From: Octopus vulgaris | Taxonomy: Eukaryota | Direction: 5' to 3' | Assembly (NCBI GenBank): GCA_951406725.2 | Contig: OX597832.1 | Coordinates: forward strand, 21,390,001 to 21,454,000 | Length of the DNA stretch: 64,000 nucleotides | Shown here: one piece after another, positions 41,669-56,925 of the stretch | Layout: every line of letters begins with the position of its first letter | Position numbering within the stretch: position 1 is the first letter of the stretch | The notes under the pieces: model-generated | The model's database searches: none | The model's input: the letters and a program-made list of their open reading frames with translations, nothing else | Told to the model about the DNA's origin: nothing | Translations under genes and position numbers: made by a program

Positions 41669-41979
41669 CCTTTCTCGCTCTCTTAATCTTCATCTCACAC
41701 ATCTCGTACTCTCTTGCAATCGCTCTTTATCTCTCTCTATATATATGTACCTATCTAACTAACTATCTATTAATTTATCTGCCTGTCTGTCTGTTTGTCT
41801 ATCTATCTATCTGTCCATCTATCCATCTGTCTATCTATTTAGCTGTCTATCAATCTATGTCAGAATTTCATACACAGAGATACACATCATAATACAAACT
41901 TAGAAAACAGAGATACAAAAAAATCATCCAAATACGCTACTGACATGCACGGAAATTTTATTCGAATTTCTAGTCATAC

Positions 41980-42027
<48 letters not shown>

Positions 42028-42138
42028 TGGCCTGCTCGCTTAGCCAGCGGGGTGGCGTCATTCGATGGCTAAAACAATGCGAACGCATTGTGACCAGCGA
42101 TGTGTAACAACATCTGATGGTCTGGTCGGTCACGTGAT

Positions 42139-42169
<31 letters not shown>

Positions 42170-42333
42170 CCCTTGTTTCTCTCCTAGTTATTTTTTTCTG
42201 TGTCCCTTTCTTTAGAAGAGCGTAGGCTCGAAACGCAAAATACTTTTTCAATTCCTGAGCGTTATACTAATACACCTGTTTGTTTTATACACCACGTATC
42301 TTCGGCTTTTGTGTTTTTCGTAAACTCTCCCCC
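42170..42333 (+). mobile_element. Solo Penelope terminal module with decayed hammerhead
   Basis: GAAGAGCGTAGGCTCGAAACGCAAAA; reverse complement of 2468-2600; (TA)n on both sides. Confidence 0.75.
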
Positions 42334-42555
42334 TATATATATATATATATATAAGGAAGACAAAAGGGAATAGGTGGGGGAGAGAGAGAGGGGCAGGAAG
42401 AGGGAGACCTAGATAGATATATTGGTAGATAGAAAGATAGATGTATCCATATGTGTTTCTGAGTGAACGAATCGCGGTACATTAATAAGTTTTTCCGTTG
42501 TAAATATATGTGTATTAGTCTGTATACGTGATTGAAATATCTGTGTGGGTCTTTA

Positions 42556-42691
<136 letters not shown>

Positions 42692-43105
42692 TATATATAT
42701 ATGTACATATATATATATATATACATACATATATATATATATATGTACATATATATATATATATATACATACATATATATATATATATACATACATATAT
42801 ATACGAATACACATATTTGTATGCTTGTAGGTAGTGTATATGTGTGTGAGTGTGTGGGTGTATGTGCGTTGTTGTATAAGCATACCTATACACACAAACA
42901 TACATATTAACATATGCACACATATCAATACAATTTATATAAGAATATATTTAAAAGATTATATGCATGTGTGTATATATAGCTATATACAAATATTTAT
43001 GCATATATGTCTATAAATTCCATATGTGTGTGCGTGTGCGTATGTGTGTGGAGTTATATTTATATTTATATCATTATATATCCAAATATCCACGCACATA
43101 CTTAC

Positions 43106-43155
<50 letters not shown>

Positions 43156-43281
43156 CCACGCTCACACCTAAGTACACGCATACAAACGTAAATATAATTC
43201 TTCTATGCAACAGCTTTCCTCTTGTATATGTACGTCAGGTTTTGTCAGTATATACACATATGTCCACATATATATGAGCCT

Positions 43282-43318
<37 letters not shown>

Positions 43319-43745
43319 TAGATATCCCTATATACAAACATATCTATATATTTGAACTCCACATACGTACACATACAGAGACGCAGATATGTTACAGAAC
43401 ACGAATACAAAGATTGCGAGTTGCAATCTGTCGCCTTGACACAAAATAGACAGTTTAATGCATTGACGAAAATTAACTTCTTTTCAAATAGAATACCACC
43501 AAGAATAATGGTCCTTTTTCGTATCAGCACTAATGAGAGTTTTCTAAAGCATGACACTTGAATACAACTTGAAACACGTCCATTTCTTAGGTAAACGTTA
43601 GAATAGATACTATTCTATAATGCGCAGCACAGAGCTATGAAATATGTGTGATTTTCCATAGAATCCTGGTAAGAGCATATTAGGAAAAATATATATAATG
43701 TATGATAATAGTGAATAAACTATTTGTAGATATAGATATATATAC

Positions 43746-43826
<81 letters not shown>

Positions 43827-44374
43827 CATATACATATACATATATATATATATTTATATATATATATATACATCTACATATATATATAAATATATATATA
43901 TACATATAAAAATATATATACATACAAACATCTGTAAATATGTAGGGTGCCTTTCTTCCTATTTAAGCATGTTTATACATATTACATAAATATACGAATA
44001 TATGTGTGTATGCACTTATATATATATATATATATATATATATAAGTGCATATGCACACACATATGTTCGTATATACATGTATATAAGCTTCATGCACAC
44101 ACAAAATTTTTACCTTCATGTCCATAGATATGATATACCACCATCATCACCCTGTTTTTCATTCTATAGACACACACACACACATATACCGCATATATAT
44201 ATGTGTGTGTGTGCGTTTGTCTGTGTGTGTGTGTGTGTGTATGTGTGTGCGTGCGTGCGTGTGTGTGTGTCTGTGTGTGCGTGTATGTGTGTGTGTGCGT
44301 GTAAGCATGTGTGAGTTTATTTGTACATATGTCTGTAGACAGACATTGGTTTTCGCGATGGCAAAAGGTGCTTA

Positions 44375-45320
44375 ACTCAGCTCCTGCATCACCTGGACGA
44401 CATCATCCTAAAGGAATGTAGGAATGAATCCCCTTCGGTAAAGAGTTCGTGTCGATGCTACTTACTACTATGTATTTTTCCCTCGAGCAGAACCCTCGTG
44501 GTATCCAATACCACTAGGGACCTCAGAGTAACTGTCAACAGCTTAATCTGCTACTCCCACATAGACAGCAAAGTCGACATGAGTTTCAGGGCATGCTCTT
44601 GGGTACTCAGGACTTTTCGGTCTAGAAACCCCGCCGACCATTATCCTTTTCTTCTCTACCTTTGCCCTTCCTCGCCTTGGAAACTGTTGTTTGTATTGGT
44701 GTCCCTACATGAAATGAAATAGCATAAAAAGTGGGAACACAAAATTTTACATCTTGATTATAGCGATCGGCACTAGTAACTCAAACTTTATTCTCCTCAT
44801 CGCTCAGTTGTTGCTACTGCTTTTTCTCCCTAGGAGCCATGGTTGGCTCATAAGGGCCTGTTTCTCGGTTTCGTTGGCGTATAGGTTTCCCCAACTAGAC
44901 GGAATATCGGTCTGTCGCAGGTGAGCTGCTAGATGCAGGAGGAAAGAGTGAGAGAAAATTGTGGCGAGAGAGTCAGCAGAATTTCGCCATTACCTTCTGC
45001 CAGAGCCGCGAGGAGCTTAGGTATTTCGCTCATAAACACACACATCGCCCGGCTTGAGAGTCGAACCGGCGATCCCTCGACTGCAAGTCCACTGTTCCGT
45101 TCACTAGGCCATGTGCCTCCACTTACTTGTATGACATCGAATATATTCCAACAGCACAGCCCAACTGATGTTGGCATCAACTTTAAAATTCCCTCAACAC
45201 AATTATTTAACCTCACCTGGCCCTGCTCTCTTTAACATCATGCCAAGATGCATCAGAGAAGAAAAAGATTCTATGACATGAAGGGGTTTGTCGAGAAATT
45301 CCCCGGCAATCCTTATGCCT
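44375..45320 (+). mobile_element. Highly decayed CR1-like LINE RT/thumb fragments, interrupted by a SINE
   Basis: RDLRVTVNSLICYSHIDSKV..RACSWVLRTFRSRNP and HNYLTSPGPALFNIMPRCIR. Confidence 0.65.
44830..45125 (-). mobile_element. SINE family C-related element (tRNA head)
   Basis: Minus GAGGCACATGGCCTAGTG..GGTTCGACTCTC..; head homologous to 29149 but with a different tail. Confidence 0.75.
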
Positions 45321-45668
45321 TGTATTTTTTTATGGTTCTGGTTCTTACTCTGTCGGTCTCTTTCCCCGAAACGCTAACTTACGGGAACGTAAACAAACGA
45401 GCACCGGTTATCAAGCGTTGGGGGAAACAAATACAAATACAAAGACATACACATACACACGTACATATGTATTTATATTATACATATACATATATACACA
45501 CACATACACACATACACATACATACATACATATATATACATATACACAGTACATATATATATATATATATATATATGTAGGCACTTATGTAGGCACGCGG
45601 CTAAATTTAAAATGTCGAATATAAATATAAATATAACAGATTTTGTTGAATTTTCTGCTGCTTAAAAT

Positions 45669-45725
<57 letters not shown>

Positions 45726-46244
45726 ACACGTAAACACACACGCACACATACACGCACATACACACATATGTATATATATGTGTGTGTGTATATATATATG
45801 TGTGTGTGTGTATACGTATATGTGTGTGTATATGTATATATATGTGTGTGTGTGTATATACGTATATGTGTGTGTGTGTATGTTTGTGCATGTGTGTACA
45901 CATACATATATATATATATATATATATTACGTCTAGTACTTCCATTGAAAACAATTTAGAATGATGCTTGTTTCCGTCACGGCTACCACCAACTGCGGGG
46001 AGTTGCCATAAATATTTAAACATTTGAATCAAGGAAAAAAAAATCTTCTCCCTTCTGCGCCATTACCTGAAGTAGACATTCAGACGGTCCAAAAGGATTA
46101 GTTTCCAATTCTGGAATTAGAGTAATAATAAAAAAAAACAGCGGATAAATTTCTCGTAATCTGGGGAAACATATCTTTGTTCGCAGTGCTCTATCAACAA
46201 TTTATTACAGCTACTACTACTATTACCTACTATTACCCTTACCA

Positions 46245-47172
<928 letters not shown>

Positions 47173-47174
<2 letters not shown>

Positions 47175-47711
47175 GGCAGTGGCTCTCATGGCTTCTGATC
47201 TTAACTGATTGGAAGTGTTATCATGTACATTGTTTTGTCTTGGTATAAAAGATGGGCTACAGCAAATATTCTGCTCAATACCACAGATTTGCTTGTCAGT
47301 TGTTTGACCATAACCAGTTGAGCATGTCCCTTAGTGGCTGACGATATGTGCATCTCTGATCACGAGCAGAGGTAGTGGGGGAGCATCATAGCCATGTGTT
47401 GAGAGGGATTCTTTGGGGTTTGAATAATTCACCTCTGGAAACATGGGTGGTTCTTTCAACATCCTTAAACAACCCTTATTCAGAGACCTTTTGAGCGGGA
47501 TGGGCTACTCAACCTGAAGAAAATTCTAACTGGGCCCCACCTGCAAGGTCATGTGCTGTTTATCTTGATATGAGATCACCATGTCGCGCACATATGGTTG
47601 TGATGCATGTGCCTGGTGTACCTTTATCAGACGGGTAGTCATGCTGGGTATATTGGGCTTCGTATATTTTACCCCAGTGTCACTTTGATGGCATGCACTG
47701 CTCCCTCACTC
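47173..47711 (+). mobile_element. TAA-embedded 539-bp element, copy 3
   Basis: Same 5' breakpoint and diagnostic bases as copy 2. Confidence 0.8.
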
Positions 47712-47723
47712 AATAACAATAAC

Positions 47724-47781
<58 letters not shown>

Positions 47782-47782
47782 C

Positions 47783-47874
<92 letters not shown>

Positions 47875-47916
47875 AGGTGGTGGTGGTGGCGGTGGCGACG
47901 ACGGTAGTAGTAGTAA

Positions 47917-47972
<56 letters not shown>

Positions 47973-48271
47973 CACAATCAAATGATAACTTTGTTATTGT
48001 TTATCTTCAGACTGTGAATGGAAGGATTTCCTGTGAATTAAAGAGAAACGTCTTAGAAATTAGTTTTTAAAATGGCGTCATTGTTGAGTTTTTATCTGAA
48101 ACCCGTGTAACAGACACATCACAAGATGGCGTTACATCAATCACCCTCTACAGTTTCCTCTCCCTTTCTCTTTCATTCTAACTCTCCCCCTATCTGTCTC
48201 TCTCTCGCTCTATTTCTGTCTTTCTATATCTCTCTCTCACGTACATGTATATGTTTATAGGAATATGTGCG

Positions 48272-48308
<37 letters not shown>

Positions 48309-48314
48309 GCATAT

Positions 48315-48366
<52 letters not shown>

Positions 48367-48484
48367 TATGCATATATATATATACATATATGTATATATT
48401 TATGTATATATATATATACATTTATATGAATATATATATATATATATATATGTACATACATATCTATATAGATGCATACATATA

Positions 48485-48534
<50 letters not shown>

Positions 48535-48630
48535 TATATATACATATATCTAACTAAAGCCTTCGGTTTATCCTTACGTAATAAATTCAATGTATGCTGC
48601 ACTCGTGCAATCTCTCTCTCACTCTCACTT

Positions 48631-48675
<45 letters not shown>

Positions 48676-48825
48676 TGTGTGTAGGTATGTATGTATTTAT
48701 GCATGTATGAATGTATGTATGTATATGTTGGTATGTATATATTTTTGTATCAATTCTTGTCTATTTTACAGTCACAATATCGTCATCCAACTTCTTTATC
48801 TCTCTTTCTTTCTCTCTCTCTCCCC

Positions 48826-48894
<69 letters not shown>

Positions 48895-49073
48895 CTGTTA
48901 AGAGTCTCTCATTCTCTGTTTCCCAGTTATTCTAGTTTAAGAAGAGGAGAAAGCCAGAGAGAAATGATGAGAAGGAACGGGTGAAACCAAAATTGCTTTT
49001 AAGAAGTATAAACCGAGGAACACCTCTCGTTACTCCTCTTTTGCTTTCCCCTACCACTCCGATTCTATCTGGC

Positions 49074-49560
<487 letters not shown>

Positions 49561-49704
49561 CCCTCTTTGTTCACCCCCCCCCCCCATCTTCACTTGCTCT
49601 TTTAGCGTATTTTTGACAATCCTTCTTTTTTCTCTTTCCCACTCCCTTTCGTTCTTTCTTAGCTATTTTTTGTTTCTTTCCTTCGTCCTTTCATTCTACC
49701 ATTC

Positions 49705-49736
<32 letters not shown>

Positions 49737-50399
49737 CTTTCTTTCTTTCTGCCTCTCTTTCCCTTCCTTCTTTATCTTGCTCTTTCTAAGCATCGTCTTT
49801 TCCAATGTCTTGTAAAATCTCAATCTGTAACAATTCTACCATGACATGTACAGAAATAATATTAACATCTCCTCTGAAATGCAAATCAGAATATCCGGGA
49901 CGTTTAGAAAGGACTTCCGGTTTCTTCTGAACAATAATGGCCTATTCTTGACAGGCTATTTACAACAAACGGCAAAGAGAACAGTACACCCTTCCACCAC
50001 CACTACTCCCACATGTACACGTACTCCTCCTATTCCTCCGTCTAATACCACTAATACTACTACTATTACTACTACTACATCTGTTACTACTATTATTACT
50101 ACAACTACCACCAGCACTACTACCACCACTTCCACCACCAACACTACTACTACTACTACTACCACCACCACCGCCGCTAACCCATCATCGTTGCTGCTAG
50201 TATTACAACTATCTCCACCGCCACCACCACAACCATCACCACCTTTACCAGCAACAACACCACCGCCTCCCCACCATTAACACCACCACTACCACCACCA
50301 CGACCTCCATAACCATTGATGTTACTGCTTTTACTAATATTTCCGCCAGCACCACCACCACCAAGACGACTACTACTACTATTCCCGCTCTAGCTGATG

Positions 50400-50405
50400 C
50401 TGCTG

Positions 50406-50466
<61 letters not shown>

Positions 50467-50468
50467 AA

Positions 50469-50507
<39 letters not shown>

Positions 50508-50937
50508 ATACAGCCCTTCTGTACTTAAAAGCACGAAAATAACTCCAAGAAAAACAAAATCCAAATCGAAAAGGACGACGACAACTGCAATGATGATGAT
50601 GATGATGAGGAGGAGGAGAAGGAGGAGGAGGAGGATTGCAGCAATAACAACAGCAACAAAGATTATGAGAATTATATTGGTAGTATTAACAGCAGCAGCA
50701 GCATCAACAAAAGCAACAAAAATAGCGACAATAAAAACCACTACAACATCGACAAGCATTACACCCCCACCCCCATCTCTAGTCCTTCTTATCACAACTA
50801 CTGCTACCACCAACACTGCTACTACTACTACTACAAGCACCACCACGACCATTACTACTCCTATCACAACCACCACCACCACCACCACCACTAATACTAA
50901 TACTAATACTACTACTAGTACCACCGCCACCACCATC

Positions 50938-50968
<31 letters not shown>

Positions 50969-51043
50969 ATACTACTACCACTACAACTACCACTACTACT
51001 TCTACTCCCACCGCAGCTACAACCATCACCACCACTACTAACA

Positions 51044-51130
<87 letters not shown>

Positions 51131-51230
51131 ATACATGAAATTACAAAAACGGTAAAGTAGACCAACTCCGATAATTTTAATGAGAAAATCCAAATACAAT
51201 AACACTAGAAAACACCATCACCATCATCAC

Positions 51231-51266
<36 letters not shown>

Positions 51267-51900
51267 AATTACCATGATCACCATCGCATCGCCGTCGTCG
51301 TCGCCGTGGTCGTTGTCGCCATCATTATCATCATAATCTCATTACCGCCATCATCACCTTCGTCGTCTTCTTCGTCGACATCATCATCGTCAAAATTATC
51401 ATAATGATCTCGTCATTGCCGTCGTCTTCTTCGTCGTAACTATCGTCATCATCATTATTATAATTATATAATCGTCGTCGACGTGGTTGTTATCATCGTC
51501 ATCAGCTTCATCATCATCATCATCGTCGTCGTCGTCACCATCATGACCGTCTTCAATCTCATCATCGTCATCGTTACCATCCTCATCATCATGATCATCG
51601 TTATCATCGTCATCATCATGATCATCATCGGTCGTCTCCATCATCAACTTCATCACCATCATCATCGCCGTCATCGTCGTCGTCGTCGTCGCCTTATTCA
51701 TTGTCACTAATTTCATCATCAGCATCATCATCATCATCAACATCATCGCTACCATTATTCATTATCATCAACATATTCTTCTTCATAATTATCATCATCA
51801 CAACCATGACTACCACCACCATCATCATCATCATCATCATCATCATCACCACCACCACCACCATCATCATCAAGATCATCATCGTAATCATCAACGTCAT

Positions 51901-51936
<36 letters not shown>

Positions 51937-51938
51937 TA

Positions 51939-51970
<32 letters not shown>

Positions 51971-51988
51971 ATTCTTCTTCATCATCAC

Positions 51989-52083
<95 letters not shown>

Positions 52084-52125
52084 ACATCATCATCATTACT
52101 ACCATTATTCATCATCATCATCATC
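50400..52125. repeat. (ACT/ACC/GCT/CAT)n compound low-complexity block
   Basis: Read directly from the sequence. Confidence 0.9.
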
Positions 52126-52427
52126 ACAGTCATCCAAATATTCGCAAAATATTTCTATCCCATTAGGAAATGTACAATAAAAAAAACAACGAAAACATCA
52201 AAATATAACGAAATAAACTTCACCACAGAAGTTCGGCCATTTTAGAATATACCCGATTTCAGAAACAATAAGGCACATATTGGAATGGAAGAATATGCGA
52301 ATCAGTGAACAACCACGTGCTTCTAGTTTCGATCTCATTGCCCAGAACCTTGAGCAAAAGACTTTTATCATCGCCTTGATTTGATTGGATCCATATCCCT
52401 AGAACGCATGCAAGTGAAACCGCTGCT

Positions 52428-52637
52428 TAACATTCTTTGTCATGGTTAATGCGATGATCACGCGCTACACACCTTCCTTCCAAGCACTGCTGTAAACAGC
52501 AGAAGTAAGGTACAACGTTAAAACTTAGTTCGCATTCACAGCAGAATTCAAGCTCAATCTGTGCGAAACGGCTTTACTCTCCGTGCTTTAGCTTCGTTAC
52601 TATAGCAACAGTCCGGATACTTATTGATCAGACCCCG
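52428..52637. mobile_element. Solo arm of the mariner fold-back element
   Basis: Ends GCAACAGTCCGGATACTTATTGATCAGACCCCG-TA; matches about 7095-7303. Confidence 0.85.
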
Positions 52638-52664
52638 TATATTTATGTATATATTTCTTTACTA

Positions 52665-52862
52665 CAGAGGGGACAAACAAGGACAGACAAACGGATTAAG
52701 TTGATTACTTCGACCCCAGTGCGTAACTGGTACTTAATTTATCGACCCCGAAAGGATGAAAGGCAAAGTCGACCTCGGCAGAATTTGAACTCAGAACGTA
52801 ACGACAGACGAAATACGGCTACGCATTTCGCCCGGCGTGCTAACGTTTATGCCAGCTCGCCG
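52665..52862 (-). mobile_element. SINE family B
   Basis: Reverse complement of the head and core. Confidence 0.85.
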
Positions 52863-52885
52863 TATATTTATGTATATGCATGTGT

Positions 52886-52942
<57 letters not shown>

Positions 52943-53101
52943 TGTGTCTGTGTGTGTGTGTTTGATGTCCTGTTCAGTTATAATTTTAAAAAATGACATT
53001 CCAAATTTATAATTGTTATAAAAGTATGTTGTTGACAGTGTCTGCCAAGTCTTAATCATCTTCGGACAGGCTGACGATGGCTTAGATGGCCTAAGTGATA
53101 T

Positions 53102-53136
<35 letters not shown>

Positions 53137-53170
53137 TGTGTGTGTAGTAGGAGTAGTTGTAGTTGTTGTT

Positions 53171-53201
<31 letters not shown>

Positions 53202-53225
53202 TAGTAGTAGTAGTAGTAGTTGTAG

Positions 53226-53262
<37 letters not shown>

Positions 53263-53370
53263 AGCAGTTTTAGACCGATTAATGACTTAAAATGGAGACC
53301 CGTCACATACACATATACACACGTATATTGATAGATAGATATACAGACTGACAGGCAGACAGACAGACAA

Positions 53371-53407
<37 letters not shown>

Positions 53408-53426
53408 TCGATAGATAGATAGATAA

Positions 53427-53536
<110 letters not shown>

Positions 53537-53548
53537 GGACAGACAGAC

Positions 53549-53606
<58 letters not shown>

Positions 53607-53720
53607 GTTTCTTTATTGGCCACACAGGGCTGCACACAGTTACAAGGCTTTTCTTTTGGGGGATGATAAAAAAAAAGGGGTGGCGTAGGTTTTCGATCAA
53701 GAGGGATCGTAAAAGGGAAG
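53607..53720 (-). mobile_element. Retroelement 3'-end fragment in (GATA)n
   Basis: Homologous to 5187-5305 and 37238-37355. Confidence 0.75.
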
Positions 53721-53759
53721 AAAAGAACAAAAAAAATAAGATAGATAGATAGATGCGTT

Positions 53760-53985
53760 TGTGTATGTATATGTATGTGTGCCTGTGTTTATATTTGTCT
53801 TCCCACAACCGCTTGACAAGCGCTGTTGGTTTCTTTTCACAGCCGCCATCTTGCGGCTCAGCAAATCGATCGATAAAATAAGTAGCCGACCTAATTAGTA
53901 ACAGGGTCGATTTGTTCGCCTGAACTATTCCTCTCGGTGCTCCAGCATGACCACTGACCCCAGGACTTAAACAAGTAAAGGAAAC
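53760..53985 (+). mobile_element. SINE family A 3' half, diverged
   Basis: CGCTTGACAAG..GGGTCGATTTGTTCG..GGTGCTCCAGCATGACC. Confidence 0.65.
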
Positions 53986-54240
53986 ATACGTACTTATATT
54001 TCTTGAAAATGCGCAATCAGTAAGATGCAACCCCCCAAAAATATAATTGTAGAACGGCTTTCTAATGCCGCATCATATTCCTAAAACAATATTTAAAACT
54101 TCAGAGATGTACTTGCATAGCAAGTGACCTGATCTGAGATCGTGTGCTGGAACGAAAACAATTGCAGCGTGGAAGGTGTTTATAAGCCATTTAAGAAACA
54201 CACAAAAAACCGTTAGATTCACTTCAACATTTAAATTTAA

Positions 54241-54291
54241 TTTGTCAAAATATTTTCGTCTCTTTGAGACCGCGACCTGTTCACTGACAAA
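54241..54291 (-). ncRNA. Variant minimal hammerhead (G3:C8 core)
   Basis: UUUGUCA-GUGAACA-G-GUCGC GGUCUCAAA GAGAC-GAAA AUAUUU^UGACAAA. Confidence 0.6.
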
Positions 54292-54547
54292 ATTCCGTTC
54301 TGCATATGAGAAAGTAACAGTTAGTTCAGGGTATATATGTACGTATGTATGTATGTATGTATGTATGTATGTATGTATGTATGTATGTATGTATGTATGT
54401 ATGTATGTATGTATGTATGTATGTATGTATGTATGTATGTACGTACGTACGTACGCACGTACGTATGTATGTATGTATGTATGTATTATGTATGTATGTA
54501 TGTATTTATTTTATTTATGTATGTATGTATTTATTTATTATTTTTTT

Positions 54548-54875
54548 AATTTTATCTAGTTTCAGCTCACGAGCTGTGGCCATGCTAGGGCACCGCTATT
54601 TGGTGTTGCTACATGATTTTACTTCACGAATGCTTTTTAGCAATTGCCATTTGGTGCATGAGAGAGTTCGATGCAGTTCGATGCCTCATCTGCCCTCATC
54701 TGCACCTCCTGCCGTGAAGTTGTTTCATCTGGGACACCCGACAGGAAGAGATACAGTTTTATTATAAAGACTTTTGCATCCACCCCATGCAGGTCTCTCA
54801 GGTTCTTCGGGAGGATATTGAAGAATTGTGGGCCTCGGAAGCCCCAGGCTATCACAGTATCTTGTCCTACATCTT
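54548..54875 (-). mobile_element. CR1-like LINE 3' end with tail
   Basis: Minus GFRGPQFFNILPKNLRDLHGVDAKVFIIKLYLFLSGVPDE.., then GCGGTGCCCTAGCATGGCCACAGCTCGTGAGCTGAAACTAG. Confidence 0.8.
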
Positions 54876-55801
54876 GATGGCAAAAACACTTCTTTGGGAA
54901 GTCTTCTCTGTTGTAAGTAGAGAAAACACTTCTGTTGCTGCATACTTGCATATGTTTTAAGATAAAGAGATTTCCTATCAAAGCTTTTGTTAAATGAAAA
55001 CTTAAAAGGTCTCTTGTATTTTTAACACTAAAATGATGTCAAATCAGAATAACTTTAAATAAGAAATACGTTGTTACATAAAATGTTCGTGAATAGAAAG
55101 TTAGATAAATAGATATATGAGAGAGAAGACGTTGCTTCTGGCGCATCTTATGTTTAATGTTAAAAGTTTGTATTGGACACGATAGTCCAATGAAGAACTA
55201 AAGAGAAATGGCAGAAACGTATTTTCATGTAGTGGATTGTCGGGTAAATTTTGTAGTTCCGTGTAGTTGAGAGAGGGGGAGTTGAATGAACAAAAGCAAG
55301 CGCCCTCTACCAAGGTGTAGTTTTTTTTATCTTAGTAACAGTAGACTCGTTATATTGACAAGTCTGGCTGTCGAACAAGTGATACTGAACATCCCCTGAC
55401 AAAACGCATGGCTACGTCCCTTCTCTGTTCTTCCTTCTGCCCCTCTCTACTCCTCTATTCCTGTTTATCGCTGTCTGTCTGTATATATGTCTCTCCTTCC
55501 AATCTTAGACATTTTATTCGCTCCAGAACAAATCTAATTGAACATATCTGTGATGATGTCACAACTTGAAAGTCTGACTGATGTTTACATAAAAATCCTA
55601 GATCGGGAAGAAAAGGCTCAGGTTAGACTCAAAGTACAGAGCTGCTGTAATATTATATGAAACACAACAGAAAAATTACGCACAAATTTTAAAGTAATTT
55701 GTCCTATAGATTTTTTAAAATTTTTGAAAATCTCTATGAAAGACAACATCTATGAACAACTATTTCGAAACCATAATTTTCACATAACCATAATTTATAT
55801 A

Positions 55802-55866
<65 letters not shown>

Positions 55867-55871
<5 letters not shown>

Positions 55872-56075
55872 ATCCAAACATCAAAGCACAAAAAAAACAC
55901 AACATCGCGAGGACGTGGAACCAATATAGTATTATTGGACGATCAGGAAAGAAGGAAAGAAGGAAGGTTTAACGTTTCGAGCGGAGCTCTTCGTCGGAAA
56001 CATAGGCGAAGGAAAGATCCAGAGAAGGGAAGACAGAGGGGAAAAAATCGCCAACGGTACACACGCGGTCACATA
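55867..56075 (-). mobile_element. Penelope-type terminal module with minimal hammerhead (55967-56001)
   Basis: Minus GUUU-CCGACGA-A-GAGC UCC GCUC-GAAAC GUU^AAAC; (TA)n on both sides. Confidence 0.75.
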
Positions 56076-56085
56076 TATATAAATT

Positions 56086-56176
56086 AAAGACTTTTTCTGT
56101 TCCTGAGCCTTATACTAATATATCTGTTTGTTTTGTACACCACCTGTCTTCGTCTTTCGTTTTTTTCGTAAACTCT

Positions 56177-56180
<4 letters not shown>
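56086..56180 (+). mobile_element. Penelope terminal module fragment, part downstream of the hammerhead only
   Basis: Homologous to about 42238-42333. Confidence 0.7.
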
Positions 56181-56220
<40 letters not shown>

Positions 56221-56314
56221 AAGGGTAAAATTAATTAATCAATTTATAATGAATAATCTTACCAAGTAGCTCGGCATGTTAAAAGAACCACTATCGGTAA
56301 ATTTATACAAAAAT

Positions 56315-56639
56315 TATCATAATTCTAAGCATAATTATGATTGGGGTTTAGCAAAATTGCTTCACCACATACAGAAATTTAGAAATAGCAGTTAAATAAT
56401 ATTCTACTACCATAAGATATCTCCCGGACAGCAATACTCTCAATTCACACAGGCACAGGTGGATTCGTTATTATTTTTATTTATTTTTTTTTTGTCTTTG
56501 CCTGTTTGATTTGAGGGTATTGGTGTCTGGGAGATATTTTATGGTAGTGGAATAGTATTTAACTGCTATTTCTAAATTTCGGTATGTGGTGAAGCAATTT
56601 TGCTAAACCCTAATCATAATTATACTCATAATTATAATA
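56315..56639. repeat. Long inverted repeat: ~140-bp arms, ~43-bp spacer
   Basis: 56315-56455 is reverse-complementary to 56499-56639 (e.g. GGGTTTAGCAAAATTGCTTCACCACATAC). Confidence 0.9.
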
Positions 56640-56646
56640 CTTTATA

Positions 56647-56693
<47 letters not shown>

Positions 56694-56724
56694 ATGTATG
56701 TATGTATGTATGTATGTATGTATG

Positions 56725-56755
<31 letters not shown>

Positions 56756-56877
56756 GTATGTATGTGTGCCTGTATGTATATACAAACGATAATGGTATAA
56801 AACCTATTCATTTATAAATAGTTCCGAACAAACACGAATATACTCGTACGTTCATACTTATATCAGCATATATAAGC

Positions 56878-56925
<48 letters not shown>

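Noticed and set aside
50590-51138. Thr-rich mucin-like ORF
   Set aside because: ACT/ACC microsatellite continuous with neighbouring repeats
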